Shown one piece after another: positions 14,001 through 25,059 of a stretch of 64,000 nt of DNA (positions are counted from its first letter, which is position 1; each line of letters opens with the position of its first letter). The stretch spans positions 1 through 64,000 of the forward strand of contig JAUCBJ010006743.1 in NCBI GenBank assembly GCA_032718475.1, in the 5' to 3' direction. The DNA comes from Nemertoderma westbladi. Taxonomy: Eukaryota > Animalia > Xenacoelomorpha. The notes under the pieces were generated by a model. The model searched no databases. It was not told where the DNA came from and saw only the letters and a list, made by a program, of their open reading frames with translations. The position numbers and the translations under genes are program-made.

Positions 14001-17000
14001 GATGTATAAGACCCAGCTGAAGAAATTCATTAATAAGGGATACACGGAGCGAGTACCAGAAGAAACACCCGTAACTGAGAGAACGTATTACCTAACACAT
14101 CATTACGTTCCCAAACCCGGTAAACCCAACGAAGTCCGGGTAGTATTTGACGGCTCCGCCCTTTACATGGGCCAATCCCTTAATTCTGAGTTGTTGCCGG
14201 GACCCAACTTACTACAATCCTTGTTGGGAATACTCTTAAGACTACGGCAATATTCTATCGCTTTCGCCTCGGATATAGAAGGTATGTTCTTACAAGTCAA
14301 GGCCCTGGATAGGGATCGAGACAGCTTGCAATTTCTGTGGTGGCCTGAGGGAGACCTCAAACAAAACCGGTGGAGTACTGGATGACCATCCAGGCTTTTG
14401 GGATCATCTCGAGCCCCTTGAACGCTTGTTCAGTAGTGCGTACCACTGCTGATGACAACCGAGACGCCTTCTCTAAAGCGGTTATCGACAACATCTAATG
14501 GGATATATACATGGACGATAATTTAAAGTCCCTCCCATTGGTGGAAGAAGCCATTGATGTTGCCAAGGGAACGGTAGAGTGTTTGAAACGCGGTGGATTT
14601 TGACTAACCAAATTCACAAGTAACTCCCGTGAGTTTCTGGAATCGATCCCGGAAGAAGATCGAGGTGTTAAAGATCTGGACCTTATCAAGGACGATCTTC
14701 CGGAAACCAAGATGCTTGGTTTGAAATGGGACACGGAGAGAGATATCCTGTTTTTCCAGCTAAAACAGCGAGATAATCCAGTTCGAACTAAACGGATTTG
14801 TCTAAGTATCCTGAGCACTATTTCGATCCATTAGGATTTATTAGCCCCGTTATATTGGTTGCTCGGAGTTTAGTACAACAAATGTGGTTTGAAAACCACT
14901 CGTTCGACGATCCACTTAAAGGAGTGGATGAAATGGGAAGATTCTCTACCATCCATCGAGAACTTTTCGATTTCCCGTTCATATTTTGGTCACGTTCTCC
15001 CCACGTATTCCTATCAACTCCATGTGTTTGGAGATGCCAGCGATATGGGAATAGGTATAGTAGCCTACCTGAGGGTTGAAACTCCGGATGGAATTAAAGT
15101 GGCCTTGGTCACCTCTAAGGCCTTGATAAACAACAAACTACGAGTTCCTCGAGCGGAGTTAAAGGCGGCTCTATACGCTACAGCCATCGGCCGGAATGTA
15201 ACAGAACAGATCGACTATCCACTGGAGAGAAAACTGTCTATTGGACTGATGCTTTACTCGTTTTGGAGTATATAACAAATGAAGTCTGTCAGTTCAGCAT
15301 CTTTGTTACCAACAGAGTAGACATTATACTTAGTCGCACTAATGTAGATCAATGGAGACATTGCCTTGGGACGATTAATCCAGCCGACATTGCCTCCAGA
15401 GGAGCAACTCCTCAAGAACTGATAGATACTCCGGACTGGTTAGGTGGACCCGACTTCCTAAGTAAAGAAGAAGATGAATGGCCTCCTCATCTTACCATGG
15501 CTGAGATTAGACAAGCCAAGGGAGCGGAGAAAGTCAAACCTAAAACCCGGACGAGTAAATCAAAGTTATTTAAACCCGTGATAGATCTGTCTGTACTACA
15601 CATTTCCGGGGACGACGCTATGGATCTAAACTTCCCCGCCACAAATAAATCTGTTGTGGAGATTAGAGAGAGAGACTGGAAATCTGGAACACCAGATGTC
15701 TCGCAGGGACTCTCACCTCTCCTGCAGAGAGCGATAAATCACTATAGCTCCTGGAATCGGCTTTGTAAGGCCGTCGGGTATTTGAAGCGATGCTACCCAA
15801 GGAGGTGAGGTCTCTATAGGGGTGGCATCAACAGGCGGTGGCGGACTCGTGAGGGTCTGGGGGCACGTTAAATCGCTTCTATAGTGCAAGGGAGTTACTG
15901 AAGGCCCTCGTGTCTAGCGAACCATGAATCAACATGGTGCCGTGGTACCGTCTAGTCGGCCTGTTGCCGTACTGCTAGTCCTGTACACAGTAGGGGTGGT
16001 GGATTAGTGTGATCTGTGGTTTATGTGGTGAATGTGGTAGGTCTATGTTTGGTATGTATGAGTTGACCAGACTCTTTACTGTCTCCAATCGGCTGCTGAA
16101 ACGTGTCTTTTCCCAGGGTAGCACTATTGGAATGGAGGTGTTGCATCGGAATGGGCAGGATTCTGATGATTCTGTTGGTACTACTATTGGAATGGAGGTA
16201 GCACCCGGAATATCTGCTGCAAGGAGGGGTTGGTGTTGTAGTGTGGTCCGAGTGAATGATACTCTGGAATCTGCGGTTTGTATGTGGACGATCAGTGGCA
16301 GTTTGCTTGAGCTTTCTGTTGCTGTGGGTACGTGGTATACGTGAGTGTATGTATGGCCACTGTGAGTGAGTATGGGAACCCTTGCCGGTTGGTCCAGACG
16401 CCGCTGGTATTAGTAGGACAATATCTTTACTGCACCCCAGCATACTTTGTGCACACAAAGTTATTTTGCCCTGACGACAAAATAAGGTACTCTCGACTCT
16501 TTGATCAGTCGATACAATTTTGTCCCCTCTGATTTTGTGACCGATTCGTCTTTCCCGATTATGTCCTCTGTGTGTGCATGGTATGTGTCCAATTTTGTGT
16601 TTACCATTGTATACTTGATTTGTGAACATCAGTTGAGTACACGTGTACAGTGACTAGTAAGTGGTTACTTGTTCCTAGCTTTCGAGCTAGTCAGTATTGT
16701 TTGCGGAACCAACTTCCCCTCAATACTGCCGGCGAGGCGGGTGAAAACGTGTCAATATTCCATGTTGGGTAGCGCAAGCCCACTTGGAACAAGACCATCG
16801 GTTTGGCTCAAGGGCGACCTTGATGCTCGATCGACTATCCACTGGTCGACTGGATGCTATCGACTGGTCTACCCGCCGGTTGACTCTCTGAGTTGGCTCA
16901 ATGTACAGTCAGGCCACAGTAAGTTGACAGTAGCCGACCATCTGGCTACACCAACGAGCTGTGCCGGTGTGATCGGGGGATTGAAAATTGAACCCTGGAA

Positions 17001-18683
17001 GCATCGGGCTACCCTCCGGCCCGGTCTGATAAAAACGGAGTCAGACCAGCCCCAATGGTGGTGGGACAGCGTCTGCCTTGTGGGTGCGCCTCGGGGAGGA
17101 GCCCAGAAGGACGCAAGTGTCCATCATCACTACTCCAGGATGAAGATCGCTAGTGATACTCCTCCACTGAAATCTGCGCAGGTCCATGCTATTAAAGATC
17201 TTCCCAAATACAAGGTATCGGAGCGATTTCTGACGGAGAAGATCAGTTACCAGGAGCATGAAGAAACCAATAAGAAGATACTGAGACTCCTACAATGCTA
17301 TGAAGATTCCGATAAGTATTTCCTGTTGTTGAGAAATCCACAGATGCGCTTAAGGGATCGCTTCTCTAGCACAATGATAGATGGGTTAATACGTGTTGGA
17401 GGGAGACTAATTAATGCTCCATTATCCTTTGACACTAAATTTCCCATACTCATTAGAAATCTTGAAATACAAATCAAGATGATTGTAGCTGTTCACAGTA
17501 GGCTTTACCATGCTGGTAGAGAACGAGTTCTTAGCGAAATTCGAACTCGCTATTATTTTCATAAACCCCGTAGAGCTCTGAACCAAGTTCTTAGGAACTG
17601 TATACCCTGTAGGAAAGCATTCAGTAGGCCATTAACACAGCGAGAGGCAGAATTACCTAGGGAACGAGTAAGCTTCTATAAACCACCCTTTACTAATACC
17701 GGTGTGGATTTATTTGGCCCTATTGAAGTATATCGTGCTAGGACTATAGTCAAGCGATGGTGTGTCATCTTTGTCTGTATGACTTGTAGAGCGATCCGTC
17801 TAGATATCAACAGCTTCATATTTACGCCATGTACTTCATGTTTACGCCGACAGATTGCTCGCTTTGGAACTAGCAACACGATGAGATCTGATAAGGGAAC
17901 GAACTTCATTGGCGCCAATAATGAGATCAAGGCTTACGTTAAAGATTGGAACCAAAGACAGCTGGACGATCAGCTAAGGGTAACAGCATCTAGCTGGTTT
18001 TTCTAGCTAGAGGAAGTTGGGAGAGATTAATAAGAAGCGTGAAGACCGCATTTCACTTTATAGTGCCGTGCCGCGCGTATCTCACCGACGAACTTTTGCG
18101 GACGTTAATGGAAGAAATCGCCGCCTATCTTAACGAGAGACCGCTTATGCCAGTCTCATCAAGTCCCGACTCCCTGGAAGAGCTAACACCCGCGCACTTC
18201 CTACTGAAGAAACCTGTAGCCATGCTACCACGATCGGAAATCACGGACGGAGATGAATACTGCCGACAAACTTGGCAACTTATGCAGTTGTTATCCCGTC
18301 GTTTTGCTGACCATTTCGAAAAACATTATCTGCCTACACTACAACTTCGAACCAAGTGGTTTGCGCAGCAAGAAAACGTCAGCGCTGGAGACATGGTTCT
18401 TATTGTGGAATCAGATCTTCCACGTAGACGGTGGCAGACAGGTCGTATCATCGAGACTCATATCTCCGATGATGGTTTAGTGCGATCTGTAGAACTCGTT
18501 GTCATGCGACGTAACTTTAAGAAACCTGGAATTGTATTCGAAACGCAGCAGCTCAATCGCCCAGTTGGTCGTTTATGTTTACTGGAAAGAGACAGAGAAC
18601 TATCTGGAAACTATGGAAGGCAAGATACTCTTCCCACGACCACCTCCCTAATCCTGCAAACATTTAGGGACTCCCCAACGTAG
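11065..18683 (+). pseudogene. element A gag-pol (Gag, aspartic protease, RT, RNase H, integrase), fragmented by stops and frameshifts
   Basis: Gag: FNGDEMKW, CALCDGPH, CYNCLRQGH, CAKCSAKHHILLH. PR: LLDSGS. RT: RVVFDGS, DIEGMFLQV, YMDD (14508-14519). RNase H: FGDAS, NPADIASRG. IN: H-H-CIPC, GVDLFGP, SDKGTNF, LTPAHFL, DGLVRSV. Confidence 0.93.
15793..17138. mobile_element. unidentified ~1.35-kb insertion within element A pol
   Basis: Bel similarity stops after YLKR and resumes at MKIASD. Excising 15793-17138 restores the in-frame sequence AAG CGA TG|G ATG AAG (KRWMK). No recognisable domain inside. Confidence 0.65.
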
Positions 18684-19199
18684 AGTTTGGAGTGGGTGTG
18701 TGACTATATTATTTTATATTTGTTTTTATTATTTTTATATTTATGTATGTACTATTATGTAATTTTATAATAATCGTTTTCTTTAATTTTTTGTAGTAGA
18801 ATGTTATTTTAGCGATTATTTAGTAGAATTAGTGCCATATATATTCGCGTTTATTACTTAATTACTTATATTATATATTTAGTGTAACGGCGAGAAATGA
18901 TTCTTTTTCTCTTTCCTTACTGTCCGTATCATATTATAAATGCGTGACTACAGTAAGATGAAGTATCCATACTTATTAAAGTACAATAAAGCTCCTACTA
19001 TACTCAAGTATTATTGGTAAGTAGAGTATTAGGAATGCAAAGTTCAGATCCTCGTGTCTCGGCTAAACCAAGCTCTGGGTAGACCTTGGAAACGACTTGC
19101 CTCTTCTCACTGACATTGCTTCTTGCAATATTGCTCTCATACCGTATATTAAATAATACATATAGTAGCGTGATGTCCCTTTAACAGTAGCGTAAAAAC

Positions 19200-19610
19200 G
19201 CAAAATAGATCTGTTAAACCCTTTGACCATCTGTAATTCTAGTCGATTAAGATATCGCGGCACCCACCGATATACTTGAAAGACAAAATTCTAGAATCAG
19301 TGGTTAACGTCCCCAGACAAGTTCTGGAATAATTCGGTGCCCATCTTAAATATTAATTATTTAATATTTATAAAAATCTATTAAAACAAATGTTATAATA
19401 GAGTAAATACATACAAATAAACTCTAAAGAGTTTGTAAACCAGGAAGATCTAGAAATCCAAAATCTGTTAAAATTCCAATCCTTTAAAATTCTAGTCGAT
19501 TAAGATATCATAGTACTTACCGATACTCTTAAAAAGACAAATTTCCTAGAATTAAGGATCCCAGTCCCCAGTCATGCTCTGGAATAAAATTGTGTCTATT
19601 TTAATATTAA
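19200..19610. repeat. diverged ~253-bp-period duplication in the pol-ORF3 spacer of element A
   Basis: AATTCTAGTCGATTAAGATATC...GACAAA...CTAGAAT...GTCCCCAG...CTGGAATAA at 19235 and again at 19488. Confidence 0.8.
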
Positions 19611-20412
19611 ATAATAAAATTTACGGGAATAAATTAAATTCATATCCTCTCATGAATTTGATAAATTGTCATTTTATACAATTTATAACATTCCCAAAAT
19701 TCCATTAATTAATAGATCATGGGAGCGGAGATTCACCCTATTAAGTATATTAGCGTGAGAGAATCTCCAAAATATAGTCAATAGCCGATAAAATTCATAA
19801 AATCATATATAAAGGGGAATATTGACAATTAAAGAATTACTATTGAATAGCATCCCAGATCGGTATGCATGAGAATTACCCTAATTCTACTGCTAGCTTT
19901 CCATAATGTCACCATAGCAACAACCACGCTAGAATTAGAAGCGAGTTAAAAGAACAATAGAAAGCTTGCCCCATTGAATAGCATACGGAATAAATAGCAT
20001 ACTGCTAGTATCCATCCAAGGATACATAATAATAACGTGGCATTCTGGAAGGCACTTGACTAACGGACAAATGGCCCGAATGTGTTCAATTTGAGACAGT
20101 TGTGTGGAATTTGTGCGTTTATAGGTGAATGTTGCTACTAAAGTGTGTTTACAGTAGCTAGTCGCAGTTGTGAAAGTAGCCCTACCTCTACAGTAAGAAC
20201 CTGAACTAAATCTAAGCCCTTGGGACGGACAGTGGAGTGACTCACGCTGGTTATTGTTGTCGTTGTGTAGCTACTATGTTGGCGATAGGCACCGCGACAA
20301 CAGTACATCGGCGCTGAGGATCTTGCGCTGTCCGGGGCAGTGAGGGGAAGGCAGCAACGCCCACTAGCCTAATTAAAATTAATTATAATATTGATAAACT
20401 CATATAGCAGCT

Positions 20413-23400
20413 ATGACTGAGTTGATAGAAGATGATCTTGGTATCAGGGAGCGATATACCTTACCGTTGCAAGCGTTTGTTGATAGCTTAATACACGGCG
20501 ACGCTAGTCTAACTACTACGGAGGATGATGGCCGTTATATCGAACCGCCAATGTCCAAGGAACAACTCACGCGTGAATTGGACTATAGAAAATTCACCGC
20601 TTGCTATACGCATTGTAATGGTACTTATATGGACTTCTTAACTACTGGTCATCCTATTGATTTACACGATACGGATGGTGTAGACACCGAAAGGGAAATG
20701 GTTCTATTTAAATATCATACCCAGCGGAGTCGGAACGACAAACCGAGAATCGAACATAAGAATTATATTCGAAACCGACTCGAAAGAGAAGACGTTGAAG
20801 AGCCGGATAAACGCAGCGACTTCAACGAATATCTGGAATTCTTGAGAGAAACATATCTCAATATTGCCAGTCAACAAAATCTAGAAACTCGATATCCTCA
20901 AGGTATACATCATGACCCTATGATAGAATTCAAACGGCTCTATTTCACTATGATGTATCTTACCGTCGATCGACCGCTACCTGTTGTCCCAGATAGTTTC
21001 GAACAGATGGAGGAATATTGTAAAACTGGAGAACGATCACCCGCGTTTCCCCTACAGGACGTGCGTCTTTGGTATTATTGCGATGAATGCCCTAGACCCA
21101 ACCAACAAACTGAAAGACATAAACACCCGTGGAGACGTTGCGCTAAACACAGTTTTACTCGCTATACTTACGGGAGTTTCGAGCAAAACTTGTTCAACGT
21201 ATCACCTACGCTCGCTCGACTCAAACGTTCCTTAAATAAACCCATGATCGGAGTTCCGGAATACTCGGTCAGGCCTCTTCATTCCCTAGTGAGACCCCAA
21301 ACTCTTGATCCTAATAGTATCACGGATCCTCCCGAACTGTACTCACTGTTCAAAGATTTGGTGTTACCCGAACAATTAATCGGTGGCACCCCAGTAGTGG
21401 GCTCTCTAGATATTCGCCCATCGTACCTATCCGGATTGGGACGCGGACATCTAATATCGCCATTCAACCCATACAATCGTCTCAGTTTAACCCCGATACA
21501 ACCCGTCACTGAAGTTGAGGAGGGCGTTGTACGAAATGCGTTAGACGCTATTTGGCAGAAGATCGGAAAGGGAACCTACGATTGTTTAGAGAAACGCCGA
21601 TTGCAGCAACAAGTCCAAGCGGTGAAGGAGTTGGCCTTACCCCAGTTTGATCGAGAAATCCAGAACCTCGAGGAAGACATCGAACTTGTACGAACCTATT
21701 CTCTACAAGAGTTTTTAGACAAACGCTTACAACGACAAGTGGAGGAAAATCAGCTCAAGGAGAAACACATCGAAATGGATGAGAGAGAAGTAGCAGCTTT
21801 AGCCCAACCAGAAGCTCAAATCCTTATGACTGATCTCTATTCCAAAACCATCATTCAACCCTCGATGGTTCCCCATTTCGGAGACAAACTCTTCGCAACG
21901 GTACAACCCCAACCGGTTGATATCAACCTGAGATCTCAAGATCTTATTGCTGACGCTCCTATGTTACAGCGTCCGCCAATCGAGGCCGCTCGTGTCGACG
22001 GTATACTCGTTGAACCTCCGGACAATCGAGCGGATCTTGTCCGTCGTATGGTACACGAAGTCAACATACGCGCTAGACCTTTACCGAACTCGTTTTATGG
22101 GATCAAAGACCACCCTTATTATGTCAATCTAACACAATATTATATGGTAAAACCGGAAGATCCGACACATAGTCTAAAGTTTCTACCTCTAATAAATCCT
22201 CTCGATCTTGTTGAACTCGAACAATTGCAGAAACATCTGGATCAGTTAGTGAAAGTAAACTCATTCAGAAAACCCTACAATGTTTCCAGAATAGAGAAGG
22301 ATATGACGCCTCCGTATAATCTCGATGGATTTATCAAAACTCGATTAGTCCATTGGAATCTCGGCGTATTATTCGAGGAAGAGAGAATACAAAGATATGG
22401 AGATGTAGAGACGTATACTACACAGTATCTGAAGTATAGGGATCTCCCTAACGCTAGCGAATGCGCCACCTTGTGGCATCCGGTCGGGATGACCCTAGAG
22501 AACGCCACTAAAGAGTGGAACGAAACTCTTAACGTTATCGAAATGTATGGAGTTGTCACTTATGATAACAAAGGTAGTGTTCCGGTCGGAGAACTGGGAA
22601 CTACGCGCATGATACATATACGAGGACTAGCTGGTTCTACCCACGTGTTTACTCGAGCGTGTTTTGATGTGATTGATTATTCTTTTGAGACTCTCACCGA
22701 GATACAAAAGAAACTCCGACATAGACAATTCGAACTCGCGCAGCGTTACGTCACGGATACTGAGCATAAACCGGCCATGGGTATAGATGGATCGATGTTA
22801 CCCCAGCCAGTGCTTGAGATGTTGTTTATTGAAAGAATCCTTAAAATCGGCTCAGCTGTTTATGGAGATCTCCAAAACGACTTCAGGAACATGGAGAATA
22901 TTCCATATCCTTTCGTAGACACCCAGCTGATTGCTCCCTGGGCAGAAGGGCAAGGTTTCTTCCGAACTATGTATGCCAATACACCCAGCGGCATAAATAA
23001 AGTACAACGAACCTCCATCGGACATCTTGCCTTCCAAGAATACGGATGGAATTTCAAAGTAGGAAACCCTATCAACTATCAACAAGTATATGGAGATCAT
23101 TATTCTCGATTATACTTCGACGGACCATTGACCGCACCTGGCGTCGTGTATAGCTTCATGAGTAGACTTCATGAGGTTCCCCTTTGCCCCTCATTAGCTA
23201 TATACACTATCCTCGAGAACGCCGCACTTGCCGGTTGGATAGCTGATGAGTGCAGTCGTACTATACGCGCCTATCCCTTGATACTTGGAACCAAGCTCGC
23301 CAAGCTAGATGGACACAATAAATTCATCCGCTTCGAATGCTTTAGGCACTTTCTGACTCCATTCCGTAACGTTGATAGTCAGTTCAAGGACCGCGCTCTG

Positions 23401-23631
23401 ACCAAGCTCAGCCTAAGAGACTCAGCTGCTGAGAAGTTAGACAGTGCTGGATTCACCATTTTCAAAGACGTGTGTATACAGAACTTACATTCCTCTGTTA
23501 TACAAAGACCTCGAATCCCCACGGGTTATTCTATTGTGGAAGTTCAGACACTGGGTTTGCTTGAGGAGACAGCTACACCTATCTCCGCTATGCAATTGGA
23601 AGACGAACCAAAATGCTTACAATCCGATTAG
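20413..23631 (+). CDS. element A accessory ORF3 (1072 aa): unknown N-terminus plus DEDDy-like 3'-5' exonuclease domain; frame continues past the TAG into a zinc-knuckle-like motif
   Basis: GVVTYDNKG (ExoI, E>K), LPQPVLEML...KIGSAVYGD (ExoII), FVDTQ and IYTILEN (ExoIII-like) align colinearly with element B ORF3. In-frame CRLCASQDH follows the stop codon. Confidence 0.72.
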   Translation: MTELIEDDLGIRERYTLPLQAFVDSLIHGDASLTTTEDDGRYIEPPMSKEQLTRELDYRKFTACYTHCNGTYMDFLTTGHPIDLHDTDGVDTEREMVLFKYHTQRSRNDKPRIEHKNYIRNRLEREDVEEPDKRSDFNEYLEFLRETYLNIASQQNLETRYPQGIHHDPMIEFKRLYFTMMYLTVDRPLPVVPDSFEQMEEYCKTGERSPAFPLQDVRLWYYCDECPRPNQQTERHKHPWRRCAKHSFTRYTYGSFEQNLFNVSPTLARLKRSLNKPMIGVPEYSVRPLHSLVRPQTLDPNSITDPPELYSLFKDLVLPEQLIGGTPVVGSLDIRPSYLSGLGRGHLISPFNPYNRLSLTPIQPVTEVEEGVVRNALDAIWQKIGKGTYDCLEKRRLQQQVQAVKELALPQFDREIQNLEEDIELVRTYSLQEFLDKRLQRQVEENQLKEKHIEMDEREVAALAQPEAQILMTDLYSKTIIQPSMVPHFGDKLFATVQPQPVDINLRSQDLIADAPMLQRPPIEAARVDGILVEPPDNRADLVRRMVHEVNIRARPLPNSFYGIKDHPYYVNLTQYYMVKPEDPTHSLKFLPLINPLDLVELEQLQKHLDQLVKVNSFRKPYNVSRIEKDMTPPYNLDGFIKTRLVHWNLGVLFEEERIQRYGDVETYTTQYLKYRDLPNASECATLWHPVGMTLENATKEWNETLNVIEMYGVVTYDNKGSVPVGELGTTRMIHIRGLAGSTHVFTRACFDVIDYSFETLTEIQKKLRHRQFELAQRYVTDTEHKPAMGIDGSMLPQPVLEMLFIERILKIGSAVYGDLQNDFRNMENIPYPFVDTQLIAPWAEGQGFFRTMYANTPSGINKVQRTSIGHLAFQEYGWNFKVGNPINYQQVYGDHYSRLYFDGPLTAPGVVYSFMSRLHEVPLCPSLAIYTILENAALAGWIADECSRTIRAYPLILGTKLAKLDGHNKFIRFECFRHFLTPFRNVDSQFKDRALTKLSLRDSAAEKLDSAGFTIFKDVCIQNLHSSVIQRPRIPTGYSIVEVQTLGLLEETATPISAMQLEDEPKCLQSD

Positions 23632-23813
23632 ATTCAGCCCACAGCGCCCCGGAGCAGTGACAACGACTACGTTTTGGAATGGTATCAAGGTCCACAATGT
23701 CTTACTGCGTATGATTATCGACATGCCAATTATGTCTCCAGGAAACGTTGTCGATTGTGCGCATCTCAAGACCATTTCACCCCGGTGGACTCCAACGTAC
23801 CCTGCTCCTACTT

Positions 23814-24350
23814 TGTGACGGGATCCAGGAGGGATCCCGATTTATCCGATGTGGTATTTAGTCCACGCGTCCCCGCCGTGTATAAGAGTGAAATAAAGAT
23901 AACTGAGTTCTGAAGTTCGGTGTATAATAAGAGGTTATAGGATATAGATATATTGTGAATGTGTACAAGGCGGGATACGGTAACTAAAGTCCCGTGATCC
24001 CCTAACTAAACTAATTGGCTGTACCCTACGCTAGCACTGCTGCACTGAGATAACTGAATCACTGATTAATAGGTTATTGGTTATATTGCACGGTGGCCTT
24101 ACTGCTACTCAATCGATGCCATTCCCCCCTCTGATTGGTTAATACCCTTGTTGGCGCCCCGTGGAGTATTCCCGTTCACTCCACCTGTTCTCTCTGGGTT
24201 AGGGGTTTGGCCCCTGACCCTCTATTGTGTGCTTCCTTCCCACTCTTATTGGGATGGCACGAGTTGGTTAATTGCCCAATCTCGTGGCTCCCAATATTGC
24301 TTATCGGCTAATAACTTTATGGGGTGTTGGCGGGATTGAATAAGCTAACA
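23814..24350 (-). repeat. 3' LTR of element B (537 bp)
   Basis: TGTGACGGGATCC...TAAGCTAACA; direct repeat of 37521-38058 with 5 differences seen (4 substitutions, 1 indel). Confidence 0.96.
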
Positions 24351-24359
24351 CTCCCCCCC
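24351..24359 (-). promoter_or_regulatory. polypurine tract of element B
   Basis: Minus-strand GGGGGGGAG immediately precedes TGTTAGC of the 3' LTR. Confidence 0.85.
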
Positions 24360-25059
24360 ATGCTATCTTCCCGGTAAGAAGATAGCATCAACCAAAAAGT
24401 GCGCTACAATCCCGCTGGATCCCGATCTAGTATCGGGTGTGGGGTGGAATTCTTTTCTCTTGGAGCCGGCTTTCCAGGCCGCCCCCTATGGGTATGATAA
24501 CGCTACCCTGTGTGCCTGGCGTCTCATGTCGGGCCGATCGCGCTCACCTCTTCACGCGATTTTTGTTTCCCCAACACTTTCGCCCTACCTCCCCTCTACT
24601 CTCACCCTAACTCTCTCATACCCCCGGACCTCCTCGTCCCTCACTCAGCCTCTTATTCTCCCCCCCCCCACACTAGAATTGCGCTCGCACTCTCTCCGCA
24701 CTTCACACTCTTATTCCGATTCTCAAGTCCACTTTGACTGTTTTATCTCTCCTGACGAACCTCCCCCCCCCTCTCGTGCCGCCGCACTCAAGAAGTGTGA
24801 AATTGTCAGTTGTCTCGTCCATAGTGCCATAGTCAATTGTCCCCCAGTCCCAGTAGCTAATTGAGAAAGGTTGTATGACTATAGTACTTACTCCAAACGT
24901 ATGTATTTTACTGCTAATCACTACGTACGTACATACGAATTGCACTTATATGGTTATTTGCAATAATTAAATTTATACTTAATAGTTCGTACGTTACATG
25001 CGGCGCCTTCCAGGCGCACCACGTCCCAGTCTCAGTCTCATTCCCTCGCCTCCGGGAAC

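Larger units (their letters stand above)
5315..23813 (+). mobile_element. Bel/Pao LTR retrotransposon, element A (decayed, multiply interrupted, LTRs not identified, 3' end truncated by element B)
   Basis: Gag with three Bel-type Cys/His knuckles, then PR-RT-RH-IN order and Bel-type motifs, followed by a large extra ORF. Coordinates cover the coding span only. Confidence 0.88.

Noticed and set aside
18684-18720. GGAGTGGGTG-TGTGAC after A pol as PPT plus 3' LTR start
   Set aside because: No matching upstream repeat was found, and ORF3 homology with element B suggests the element continues further.
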